Shown here: piece after piece, positions 18,187 to 26,538 of the stretch
Layout of the letters: every line of letters begins with the position of its first letter
Numbering within the stretch: the first letter of the stretch is position 1
Source: an uncultured Gammaproteobacteria bacterium
Lineage (GTDB): Bacteria; Patescibacteriota; Microgenomatia; UBA1406; HO2-37-13b
DNA: 64,000 nt
Assembly: GCA_964476245.1 (NCBI GenBank)
Contig: CAYYYW010000001.1
Span: forward strand, 26,808 to 90,807
Direction of reading: 5' to 3'
Notes under the pieces: generated by a model
The model's input: only the letters and a program-made list of their open reading frames with translations
Told to the model about the DNA's origin: nothing
Databases searched by the model: none
Translations under genes and position numbers: made by a program

Positions 18187-18373
18187 AAGTTGTAGTGTAT
18201 ATTATAATACATAACTGTTACATATGAAAAATTTACTTAAAGCCAATAAATTAATTAAAGAGATTGTTAAAGAAAACAAAATTATTTAAGATAAAATTGC
18301 CGAAAAAAATCAGCAAAGACGAAAACCCATCACCGAACAATATTTATCTATTATTAATTTAAGAATAATATAG

Positions 18374-18976
18374 ATGTTTAAAAAAAAATTAATAAAAATC
18401 GAAACGATCAATTTCCCTGCCAAATATGCCAATTTTTACCTAACAACATATGCTACTAAATATCCTGATCAACCGGACATGAAATATGTCATCGTTCTCC
18501 AAACGAAAAACCTGCCCCAAATTCCCTTGATTAGAATCCACTCTGCCTGTCTTTTTAGTGAAATTTTTAAATATAAATCTTGTGACTGCGATAACCAACT
18601 GGGAAAAAGTTTAAGATTGATCTCTCAAAAAAAAGGAATCTTTTTCTATTTGGATCAGGAAGGACGTGGCTATGGTATTTATAACAAAACCATTGAACTA
18701 AAACTCCAAGAACAAGGTTTAAATACCGTTGAAGCAAGCCAAAAGCTTCATTTGCCAATTGATAATAGAAAATATCACGTTGTTGCCCACATCTTAAAAC
18801 GAATGAACATTAACCGAGTGAAAATTATCACTAATAATCCTCAAAAAATAAAAGACCTAGAAAACGAAGGAATAAAAGTGGTCGAGCGAATAGTATTCAA
18901 ACCATTAATAAATAGACATAATTTAAAATACTTGAAGGTAAAAAAAGAACAGATGGGGCATTTAATTGATATTTAG
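18374..18976 (+). CDS. ribA: GTP cyclohydrolase II
   Basis: 200 aa. IRIHSACLFSEIFKYKSCDCDNQL (zinc Cys triad) and LDQEGRGYGIYNK match the RibA signature. TAG stop. Confidence 0.7.
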   Translation: MFKKKLIKIETINFPAKYANFYLTTYATKYPDQPDMKYVIVLQTKNLPQIPLIRIHSACLFSEIFKYKSCDCDNQLGKSLRLISQKKGIFFYLDQEGRGYGIYNKTIELKLQEQGLNTVEASQKLHLPIDNRKYHVVAHILKRMNINRVKIITNNPQKIKDLENEGIKVVERIVFKPLINRHNLKYLKVKKEQMGHLIDI

Positions 18977-18979
18977 TAT

Positions 18980-19750
18980 CTATTTGTCCGGAACCATCCT
19001 CCAAACAAAATCGAAGATTTCTTTTGAAATATCATAATAATCTTTGCTGGTAAAAATCACCCCGCTAGCATGTTTGCTGACATTAACCACAGCAATCTTA
19101 TTATTGTAGATCATAACATCGGCAGCTGAAAACTTGATTGATGAATAGGCAATTTTGTAGTGATAACGCTTGTTTTTAGCAAATATGGCGGTGTTTTGTT
19201 CTGCTGTTTTTGAATTCTCCACTATTTCCCAAATGTTTAAATCACGATTTTTTTCCATTCCTTTAATAAAAAGCTCTACATTTTCGGGAAAAATACCTGC
19301 TACTACATCTAAATTAACATATGATCTGACTTCTTTAGCAGAGAGAACGTCTTTATAAATCAACTCGACTTCTTGCTTGCCAACATAATACTTGACCTCA
19401 ATATTTTTACTTTCTTTTATTTTGGAGAAATAAGTAGAATTAATGGTATTAAGTATGTCGGGAAATTTATTTTTAATGATGTTAAAATTCTCTAATTTCT
19501 GATCAATTAGATATTTTAGTCTTTCCGGCGGCTCAACAAATATGTGTCTTCGAGCGCCAACCTTACTTTGACCAACCAATCCTTTTTTTATCAGATTTTC
19601 TATATTAAAATGGGCAGTAATTCTATTTGTACCAGCGTATTCTGACAGTTCTTTTATCGTCGAGGGGCCAGTTCTAAGAAGAGATTCATACAATCTGGTT
19701 TCCGTTTCCGAAAGACCAATGTCTCGTAAGTAATCAATTATTTTTTTCAT
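18980..19750 (-). CDS. TrmB-family transcriptional regulator
   Basis: 256 aa. N-terminal wHTH (GLSETETRLYESLLRTGPSTIKELSEYAGTNRITAHFNIENLIKKGLV) plus a TrmB-type C-terminal domain. Confidence 0.7.
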   Translation of the reverse strand: MKKIIDYLRDIGLSETETRLYESLLRTGPSTIKELSEYAGTNRITAHFNIENLIKKGLVGQSKVGARRHIFVEPPERLKYLIDQKLENFNIIKNKFPDILNTINSTYFSKIKESKNIEVKYYVGKQEVELIYKDVLSAKEVRSYVNLDVVAGIFPENVELFIKGMEKNRDLNIWEIVENSKTAEQNTAIFAKNKRYHYKIAYSSIKFSAADVMIYNNKIAVVNVSKHASGVIFTSKDYYDISKEIFDFVWRMVPDK

Positions 19751-19916
19751 TTTGCCAAATTTAACTCGATTTAATAATGTTGTCTCTTTTTAACGATTAA
19801 TTAATTATAACAAAAAATTTTTCTAAAAGTTTGATTCGTAAGCACTTAAATTATAAATCGTCTATTGAATGTTTTTGTTAATTAACATTATTGTTGTCAT
19901 TAGATAACAACAGTTC

Positions 19917-19945
19917 TTGACATTTATTTTTTAAAGCTTTATAAT
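19917..19945 (+). promoter_or_regulatory. Sigma70-like promoter for 19969..20391
   Basis: TTGACA (19917..19922), 17-nt spacer, TATAAT (19940..19945). Confidence 0.55.
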
Positions 19946-19968
19946 TTATTTTTCTATTAACAGACCCC

Positions 19969-20391
19969 ATGAGAACAAAAGCCAACGACGATCACCAATT
20001 AATGTTAGATTCTCTTTGTCATCTAATCCATCAGAAAAAAATTAAGGAGGCAGAAAACTCGCTGCTTGCTCTTATTGAAAAAATATTCAGCGACTCGCAA
20101 AATGGCTCTAAAAAAATAAACGATTACATTAAGATGTACAAAACCATGCACCACGCCTTTAACAACTATTATTTAAATTGGTTGAAAAAAAATAGCAACA
20201 GCTTTAAAAAAGAAAAACAAGAAATTTCTTCATCAAAACACGACAATTATCTTGTTGCCTGCGCTTCTCAAGTAGCAGAGATGGAAGACTTGCTATACGA
20301 ACTTGGTAATTATTTGACTATTTTACACGACGAAGATCAAAAAAAAGAAGTCGCCTATCATCTCCAATGTTACCGAAACAATCTTCCTTAA
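19969..20391 (+). CDS. Hypothetical protein, 140 aa
   Basis: ORF with ATG start behind a consensus promoter. No recognisable motif. Confidence 0.4.
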   Translation: MRTKANDDHQLMLDSLCHLIHQKKIKEAENSLLALIEKIFSDSQNGSKKINDYIKMYKTMHHAFNNYYLNWLKKNSNSFKKEKQEISSSKHDNYLVACASQVAEMEDLLYELGNYLTILHDEDQKKEVAYHLQCYRNNLP

Positions 20392-20417
20392 CCATCCTTA
20401 CTCAGACTTACTACTTG

Positions 20418-20446
20418 TTGACAGATATAAAACAGATATGTATATT
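20418..20446 (+). promoter_or_regulatory. Sigma70-like promoter for 20455..21024
   Basis: TTGACA (20418..20423), 17-nt spacer, TATATT (20441..20446). Only about 8 nt lie between the -10 element and the ATG, so the transcript would be near-leaderless. Confidence 0.5.
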
Positions 20447-20454
20447 AATATCGT

Positions 20455-21024
20455 ATGAAAGTCTTCTTCACCGCCTCGCATGAGGGAAAAAAATATTTTG
20501 AAAATTATTATAAAAAAATAACGGCCACCATCAAAAAGTTGGGATATGAACCGATGGAAGATGATATCTTAACTGTTTCAACTGCCAAATTTTTCGAAAA
20601 TTTAGAAAAAGGCGGAAAACAAACAAACATTGACTTATATAAAAGAAAGATGAAATCAATACAGGAGGCTGATATCTGTATATACGAGTGCAGTATTAAC
20701 AGCCTATCCTTGGGCTTTCTTATTGAAAAAACATTAGATCTTAATAAACCTACCATCGTTCTTTATTTAAAAGACAATATTCCTTATTTCTTATTGGGAG
20801 CCAACGAAGAAAAACTTATTTTGAAAAGTTACAACGACGACGATTTAAAGCAAATTTTGAAAGAAACATTGTTAGAAGCCCAAGGCATAAAAGACAAAAG
20901 GTTTAATTTTTTCATAAGCCCTGAACTTCTGTCCTATTTGAATAAAATAAGTAAGGCCCGCAGCATAACCAAATCAACCTTCATCAGAAATCTTCTCCTT
21001 GATCATATGAAAAAGAATAAGTAG
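20455..21024 (+). CDS. Nucleoside 2-deoxyribosyltransferase-like domain fused to a C-terminal ribbon-helix-helix (CopG-like) tail
   Basis: 189 aa. MKVFFTASHEGKKY...ADICIYECSINSLSLGFLIEKTLDLNKPTIVLY follows the NDT-like flavodoxin fold pattern. The C-terminus RFNFFISPELLSYLNKISKARSITKSTFIRNLLLDHMKK looks like an RHH. Confidence 0.45.
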   Translation: MKVFFTASHEGKKYFENYYKKITATIKKLGYEPMEDDILTVSTAKFFENLEKGGKQTNIDLYKRKMKSIQEADICIYECSINSLSLGFLIEKTLDLNKPTIVLYLKDNIPYFLLGANEEKLILKSYNDDDLKQILKETLLEAQGIKDKRFNFFISPELLSYLNKISKARSITKSTFIRNLLLDHMKKNK

Positions 21025-21089
21025 AAAAACTTTCTTTATCCTATTATAGCAATCTATTTCTATATTAAATATGTGTATTAAATATGTAC

Positions 21090-21119
21090 TTGACAAGGTA
21101 TGTAATATATGCGTATACT
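21090..21119 (+). promoter_or_regulatory. Sigma70-like promoter for the TasA-like/SipW cluster
   Basis: TTGACA (21090..21095), 18-nt spacer, TATACT (21114..21119). Confidence 0.55.
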
Positions 21120-21153
21120 GAAATAAATGTTATAAGTTAACCGTTAAAATACC

Positions 21154-21783
21154 ATGCAAAAACAAAAAAGGTTTTTTTTGGGTGTTTTAATTCTTGCCGT
21201 TGTCAGCACAGCTGCAATCGCCGGTACCATCGCTTTCTTTGTCGCAAGGCGAACCGTTACTACCAGTAGATTTACTACTGGCACATTGGATATGGATGTT
21301 TCCGCCAATGGTAACGCACTGGAACCCTTTGTCATTGACAACATCGGGGCTAATGGTGACATAAACGGTACAAAAACCTGGACAGTGAGAAACACAGGCA
21401 CTTTACCAGGTAGACTGCTTGTCAGGCTGCAAAACGTTGTCAACCAAGATAATGGTTGCAACGACCAGGAAAAACTGACTGAGCCTAACTGCGAGGCTGA
21501 TAATGATGGCGAAATGGGAGGCGTTATTACCGCCAAAGTCGCCCTTGACGGAGTTGATCAAGTTGAATCAACCCTGGCAACAGCCGACCAACCGACTATC
21601 GGTCTGGCCTGGAGCGCCTTGACGCCCGTCATTCTTGGAGCAGGAGAAGAAAAAACTATCACCATCCACTGGGCAACTGGTGAAGATGAATACGGCAATG
21701 AGATCCAAAGCGACAGCATTGAATTTGATGTCGACTTTAGATTGATTCAGCTGATTAGCGGACCAAGCCCAACCAATATATAA
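21154..21783 (+). CDS. TasA/camelysin-like secreted protein with SipW-cognate-type signal peptide
   Basis: 209 aa. The N-terminus FFLGVLILAVVSTAAIAGTIAFFVARRTVTTSRFTTGTLDMDVS mirrors the TasA-type pattern (hydrophobic core, GT.A.F, then N.F..GTLDL). Visibly more G+C-rich than its flanks. Confidence 0.65.
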   Translation: MQKQKRFFLGVLILAVVSTAAIAGTIAFFVARRTVTTSRFTTGTLDMDVSANGNALEPFVIDNIGANGDINGTKTWTVRNTGTLPGRLLVRLQNVVNQDNGCNDQEKLTEPNCEADNDGEMGGVITAKVALDGVDQVESTLATADQPTIGLAWSALTPVILGAGEEKTITIHWATGEDEYGNEIQSDSIEFDVDFRLIQLISGPSPTNI

Positions 21784-21825
21784 GGTAAAAAATTAATCCA
21801 ATTCAAAGATTAATTACCGGTCCAT

Positions 21826-21858
21826 CAAGAGGCGGCCCCAAGCCGCCTCTTGATTTTC
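21826..21858 (+). terminator. Intrinsic terminator/attenuator after the TasA-like gene
   Basis: 10-bp GC-rich stem caagaggcgg/ccgcctcttg (21826..21835 and 21843..21852) followed by ATTTTC. Confidence 0.6.
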
Positions 21859-21913
21859 AATCGAACCACAATTGTGGTGAGCGAAACCAAGTCTAACTTG
21901 GCGAAGTCGAACC

Positions 21914-22420
21914 ATGAAAAAATCCAAAAGTATTTTTAAAATAATTTTTGATCTTACTTCTTGGTTATTCTTAATTGCTTTTGCTTCTGTAATTTTATTC
22001 ACTCTTAGTTCAAACACCAATCTTTTAGCCGGATATAAATCCTACCTCGTTCAATCCGGTTCAATGGAACCTACTATCATGACCGGAGATATTGTTGTTG
22101 TTCATCAGCAGTCTGAATATCTAAAAAATGACGTGGTTACTTTTTTCAACAGCGAGGGAAGAATTGTCACCCACAGAATTATTTCTGACTCAAAAGAGGC
22201 GGAAAACACTGTCTATGCCACCAAGGGTGATGCCAACAGATCATCAGATAACGACATGGTTACGTCGGATAAAATTATCGGCAAAGTTATTTTGGTTATT
22301 CCCAAGCTTGGTTATTTTGTTGCTTTTAGCAAGTCTTTGCCGGGTCTTTTTATACTAATCTTTGTTCCGGCCTTTACCTTAATCTTGGATGAATTGTTAA
22401 AACTTAAAAATGCTAAGTAG
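21914..22420 (+). CDS. Signal peptidase I, SipW/archaeal-ER type (S26B)
   Basis: 168 aa. N-terminal TM, then SGSMEPTI (Ser), IVTHRI (His), TKGDANRSSD, and a C-terminal TM. Confidence 0.8.
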   Translation: MKKSKSIFKIIFDLTSWLFLIAFASVILFTLSSNTNLLAGYKSYLVQSGSMEPTIMTGDIVVVHQQSEYLKNDVVTFFNSEGRIVTHRIISDSKEAENTVYATKGDANRSSDNDMVTSDKIIGKVILVIPKLGYFVAFSKSLPGLFILIFVPAFTLILDELLKLKNAK

Positions 22421-22991
22421 CAGAACTAAAATAATTTTAATAATTATTCTTTTTATCTCATTATTTTTAATCTACACCGACAGAACCGATGCCGACTTAG
22501 TGGCTGAAAGAACGGTTAAAAATAATAAATTTACTGCCACCACCCTCTCATTTTCCCAAAGACACACCGCCAACAATAGTCACATCTTGATGCTTTTCAG
22601 AACTATGGGAATACAACCTGACGGATTTGATGTTGGAGCCGTGAGAATTAAAAAAGATGGCAAGTTGAACTTTAAATATCATATGAAAACGGTCAAAGTA
22701 AACGGCGATGATGGTTTTTGTCAAGCCTTAAATATTCAGGTAATGCAAAAGGGAGTTTTCAAATATCAGGGCAAATTGGTTGATTTATCGCTTGATTCAA
22801 ACGTGGACAATAGCAATCCGCAGAATTGGATTTTTTTTATTAGCTTGGATGATGACAGCACGTCTTTACAAAATAAAAACTGCGAATTTAACTTTGATTT
22901 TAAAACTTGGCGCAACACCCCCGATGAAAATATTGGCGGGTTTTACGCGCAACGATTGTTGAACAATAATATATCTAGTGGGAATTGGTAA
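22410..22991 (+). CDS. Second TasA/camelysin-like secreted protein
   Basis: 193 aa. Signal-like N-terminus followed by DLVAERTVKNNKFTATTLSF, the same x-N-x-F-T-x-x-T-L pattern as 21154..21783. Overlaps the upstream stop by 11 nt. Confidence 0.55.
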   Translation: MLSSRTKIILIIILFISLFLIYTDRTDADLVAERTVKNNKFTATTLSFSQRHTANNSHILMLFRTMGIQPDGFDVGAVRIKKDGKLNFKYHMKTVKVNGDDGFCQALNIQVMQKGVFKYQGKLVDLSLDSNVDNSNPQNWIFFISLDDDSTSLQNKNCEFNFDFKTWRNTPDENIGGFYAQRLLNNNISSGNW

Positions 22992-23541
22992 AATAATAAA
23001 ATTAATGTCAAATTATAGATCTAAAATCTTAAAACTTGCTAACTCTGAATTCTATTATGCTTTTATTGTCCTTTATGTTATTTTTGCCTTTTCCGTCGCC
23101 TCGTTGTCTTTAAGTTTTTTTAACCAACTTAAGATTTTTACCAATAAATCCAATTCGATGAACCCGACCATCAATACCGGCAGTCTTCTTGTGGTAAAAA
23201 AATCTTACGAATATGATGTGGGTAATATTATTTCTTATTACGCGAAAATCAATGGAAAAGAAGAGATCGTCACTCATCGTATTTTTCGAATCGGTGGCAA
23301 TATCTATCTGACCAAAGGCGACGCCAACCAAGCGATAGACGAACAAAAAGTGATTCCCCGGCTTATCATTGGAAAGGTAATTTTAATAATTCCTTACTTA
23401 GGCTATCCTATCGGCTTTGCCAAAACTCCAGTTGGCACTTGGCTGTTAATTATTTTTCCGGCTATTTTAATTATTTTCACCGAGATTTTGGTAATTGTTT
23501 TTCAAAATCCTCCGGGTGAAACCAAAGCTGGGTATCAGTAA
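22978..23541 (+). CDS. Second SipW-type signal peptidase I
   Basis: SNSMNPTI, IVTHRI, TKGDANQAIDE and a C-terminal TM. The track start at 22978 is GTG; an ATG at 23005 is an alternative start. Confidence 0.75.
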   Translation: MGIGKIIKLMSNYRSKILKLANSEFYYAFIVLYVIFAFSVASLSLSFFNQLKIFTNKSNSMNPTINTGSLLVVKKSYEYDVGNIISYYAKINGKEEIVTHRIFRIGGNIYLTKGDANQAIDEQKVIPRLIIGKVILIIPYLGYPIGFAKTPVGTWLLIIFPAILIIFTEILVIVFQNPPGETKAGYQ

Positions 23542-24430
23542 TAGGCTCAGTAGTTTGGTGTTTTCTAATAAAGTAGAGTTGTAGTTTTTTAAGTAAATTT
23601 TCTCCGCTATCAAAAATCCAAATGACAAATGACAAATGACAAATAAAATTCAAAATCCAAAATCTAAATTTTAAATATTTGAGCTTTGAGCTTGATTTGA
23701 CATTTGAGTTTTGACATTTGAAATTTGAACGTGCGTTTGGGAAAATATTAAACACCCATCTATTTGCCTCTAAAAACCGCTCATAAATATTCTCTTTGTT
23801 TATTAACGGCTTCATCTGTAAAATTTCATGAGCTACATATTCGTTTTTCTTAAAATCCGGCACCTCAAGACTGTTTTCATCAAAAAAAAGATTAAGACAG
23901 ACTTTATCTCTGCTACCTATCCGTGACGACCGTTGCCTATAGGTATGTCGCTTCCTGCGAATACCCATAGCTTGAGCGATTAATAAGGCAAGAAACCTTC
24001 CTGTAAACAATCTGTTTTTCGCCGTAATCACAAATAAATCAATATCGTCTTCCTCTTTCGCATTCATCATCGCCAACGCCCCTGATAAACCAATTAGTTT
24101 AATTTGGGAAAAAAAGGAAAGTAATTGAATGTAAAATCCTATTTTTTTAATCTTTGCTTGAGATATTCTTGTTCTAACAATCTTATTTTTGAAAAATATA
24201 CAATACGGGGGGAGGGTATATAAGTTAACCATTTTGATACGGCCGTAACAAAGTGACAAATGAAGGCTGCGGCTTTTTATTAGCTTTTTTGTTTTAACAA
24301 GGTTCTCCATCCAGCTTAGTAAATTTTTTTTAGTGGTTCTTATGGGTAAAAAAGTATAAACCTCATCAATCGTTGGTGAATAGTCAAAAAAATTGAAGTA
24401 TTTAATTGTTCTTAAAATTTCTTTCTTCAT
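23477..24430 (-). CDS. Hypothetical protein (possible nucleotidyltransferase-fold), coupled to the tagA-like gene
   Basis: 317 aa, with an ATGA overlap to the upstream gene at 24427..24430. Contains EEDDIDLFVITAKN. The C-terminal third contains the in-frame hairpin element 23612..23728. The 3' end overlaps convergent 22978..23541 by 65 nt. Confidence 0.5.
   Translation of the reverse strand: MKKEILRTIKYFNFFDYSPTIDEVYTFLPIRTTKKNLLSWMENLVKTKKLIKSRSLHLSLCYGRIKMVNLYTLPPYCIFFKNKIVRTRISQAKIKKIGFYIQLLSFFSQIKLIGLSGALAMMNAKEEDDIDLFVITAKNRLFTGRFLALLIAQAMGIRRKRHTYRQRSSRIGSRDKVCLNLFFDENSLEVPDFKKNEYVAHEILQMKPLINKENIYERFLEANRWVFNIFPNARSNFKCQNSNVKSSSKLKYLKFRFWILNFICHLSFVIWIFDSGENLLKKLQLYFIRKHQTTEPITDTQLWFHPEDFEKQLPKSR
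23612..23728. repeat. AT-rich hairpin of 8-bp units (AAATGACA)n, in frame in a CDS
   Basis: aaatgacaaatgacaaatgacaaat opposed to atttgacatttgagttttgacatttgaaatttga. Translated as FKCQNSNVKSSSKLKYLKFRFWILNFICHLSFVIW. Confidence 0.65.
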
Positions 24431-25179
24431 GTTTCCCTATTGCTTAATTTTTCTTTAAACACCAACCACAAAAACTTAACTAACCTTAGTTGCCTCCTCC
24501 ACCGCCATGGTTGAGTTATCAGACGATACAACCATTCAAGACCAATTTTTCTTAACAACAATGGCGCTCTTTTTACTTGACCGCTTAAAACATCAAATCC
24601 CTGCCCAACCCCCATACAAACAATGCCTTTAAATTTTCCTCTATGTTTATACAACCATAATTCTTGAGCCGGCGAACCAAAAGCAACAAAAATCAAATGG
24701 GGCTTAAAACGGGAAACTATAGAGAAGATTTTTATCTCTTCTTCTCTTTTGGGGTCGGCAATGTTTTTTATTCCTTCAAGAGGATAAAATCTTGCTTCAG
24801 GAAATTTCTCCTTTTGGCAATCAACCACTTTATCTGCTATTTTTGGCCCACCTCCAATAAGCATCACTCTTAAGCGTCTGTTGTTCGCCAGCTTTAGTAG
24901 GTCTGACATTAAGTCTACCCCACTGATACGGTTATGAAGAGGTATGTTTAAGATTCGGGCGGCCACAACAATACCTTTACCATCAATTATTTGTATTTGG
25001 GCTGTCTGTAAAATCTTTTTAAACTCTTTATCTTTTTGGGCAATTACTAGGTTTTCCGGGTTAAGGGAAACAATGTGGATAAAATTGGTTGGGTAAAGAA
25101 GGAACTTTATAATTTCCTCTAGGATATCATTTTGGGATAAGTTTTTTACACGTATTCCTAATAAATTTTTTATTGCCAT
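24427..25179 (-). CDS. WecB/TagA/CpsF-family glycosyltransferase
   Basis: 250 aa with IIDGKGIV...FVAFGSPAQELW...GVGQGFDVLSGQVKRAP...GLEWLYRLITQPWR. Confidence 0.8.
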   Translation of the reverse strand: MAIKNLLGIRVKNLSQNDILEEIIKFLLYPTNFIHIVSLNPENLVIAQKDKEFKKILQTAQIQIIDGKGIVVAARILNIPLHNRISGVDLMSDLLKLANNRRLRVMLIGGGPKIADKVVDCQKEKFPEARFYPLEGIKNIADPKREEEIKIFSIVSRFKPHLIFVAFGSPAQELWLYKHRGKFKGIVCMGVGQGFDVLSGQVKRAPLLLRKIGLEWLYRLITQPWRWRRQLRLVKFLWLVFKEKLSNRET

Positions 25180-25418
25180 TCTAGTTGTTTATTATAAGAT
25201 TAAAAAGAAATCTAGAAAAACTAAACAAAACCGCTTTTTGTTCAATTTTATTGAACGCATATTTAACTTACGTAACAATATTATATCTTAATCGTAATTA
25301 AAGTGACCTCTTTTATCATAAATTTAACTATATCCAATTTTTTAAAACACTATTACTTCAATTATTTAAATAATTGAAGTATTGTCTATGTATTTTATAT
25401 TTTTATAGGATAGCTTTA

Positions 25419-26444
25419 TTATCTAATTGCTTCTTTGTAGCTCTCTAAATTTTCCATGGCCATTCCTAATCCACGAATAACAGAAAGCAACGGTTCTTCG
25501 GCAACAAAAGCGGCTACATTAATATTGTAAGTTATGTATTTGTCCATGTTTTTTAAAAGGGCTGTTCCCCCTGAAAGAATAACTCCGCGATCAACAATGT
25601 CCGAAGCTAATTCAGGCGGTGTTTGGGCTAAGACCTCTTTCACTCCCTCTAAAATCAATTTTAGCGGTTTTTGAATTGCTTCAGAAATTGAGAGCTCGTT
25701 GACTTGAACAATTTTGGGCAAGCCCGACTGAAAATCTCTTCCTCTCACCTCAAAAGTTTTTTCTTTACTTGCTTCCTCGACAAAAGCATTGGCAAACTTG
25801 ATTTTTACATCCTCTGCTGTCCTATCTCCCACCATTAAATTATATTTCTTTCTTATATGTTGAATAATTGCCTCATCAATTTTGGTCCCGGCGACGCGAA
25901 TACTCTTATAAGCCACTAACTGACCTAAAGATATAACCGCCACCTCAGTTGAACCACCACCAAGATTAATAATCATGTGGCCGGACGCTTGAGAAATGGG
26001 GATTTTTGCTCCAATGGCTGCCGCCAACGGCTCTGACATTAAATAAATATCAGAAACCCCATTATTTTTACAAGCAGAAACAACCGCTCTTTTTTCAACT
26101 TGCGTCGCCCCACCAGGAATCGCCACCATCATGTCAACCCTTAAATAAAAACTCTTCAGCGCCTTCTTTAAAAAATAACCAACCATGACTTCAGTTACGG
26201 TATAGTCGGCAATCACACCTTCTTTCAACGGCCGAGAAGCAATAATTGTTCCAGGAGTGCGACCCAACATTTCGTAAGCATCATCTCCCACCGCCAAAAT
26301 TCTTTTACCTGCCTTGCCAGCAGACAAGTTTTCCAAAGAATAAGCTACCACGGTGGGCTCATTTAAAACAATTCCTTCTCCAGCTAAATAAACCAAAGTA
26401 TTAACTGTGCCTAAATCAAGAGCTATCTTTTTGCGAAAAATCAT
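25419..26444 (-). CDS. mreB: Rod shape-determining protein MreB
   Basis: KIALDLGTVNTLVY...INLGGGSTEVAVISLG... are actin-like ATPase motifs. The track ORF starts at a TTG (26465); the ATG at 26444 (MIFRKKIALDLGT) is the more likely start. Confidence 0.9.
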   Translation of the reverse strand: MIFRKKIALDLGTVNTLVYLAGEGIVLNEPTVVAYSLENLSAGKAGKRILAVGDDAYEMLGRTPGTIIASRPLKEGVIADYTVTEVMVGYFLKKALKSFYLRVDMMVAIPGGATQVEKRAVVSACKNNGVSDIYLMSEPLAAAIGAKIPISQASGHMIINLGGGSTEVAVISLGQLVAYKSIRVAGTKIDEAIIQHIRKKYNLMVGDRTAEDVKIKFANAFVEEASKEKTFEVRGRDFQSGLPKIVQVNELSISEAIQKPLKLILEGVKEVLAQTPPELASDIVDRGVILSGGTALLKNMDKYITYNINVAAFVAEEPLLSVIRGLGMAMENLESYKEAIR

Positions 26445-26538
26445 GAATAAATTTTCTAATAACAACGTTATAATATATAATTAATAGTATACAATATGTC
26501 AGGTTAATTTTTAATTTTTAATTTATTATAATATCCTT

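Noticed and set aside
23612-23728. Possible CRISPR arrays at the tandem-repeat loci (also 31898..31932, 52901..52935, 27478..27556)
   Set aside because: The repeat units are only 8 bp and contiguous, with no spacers, and they lie inside ORFs. No cas genes are present. The Cas2-like domains here are fused to wHTH modules and are not next to arrays.
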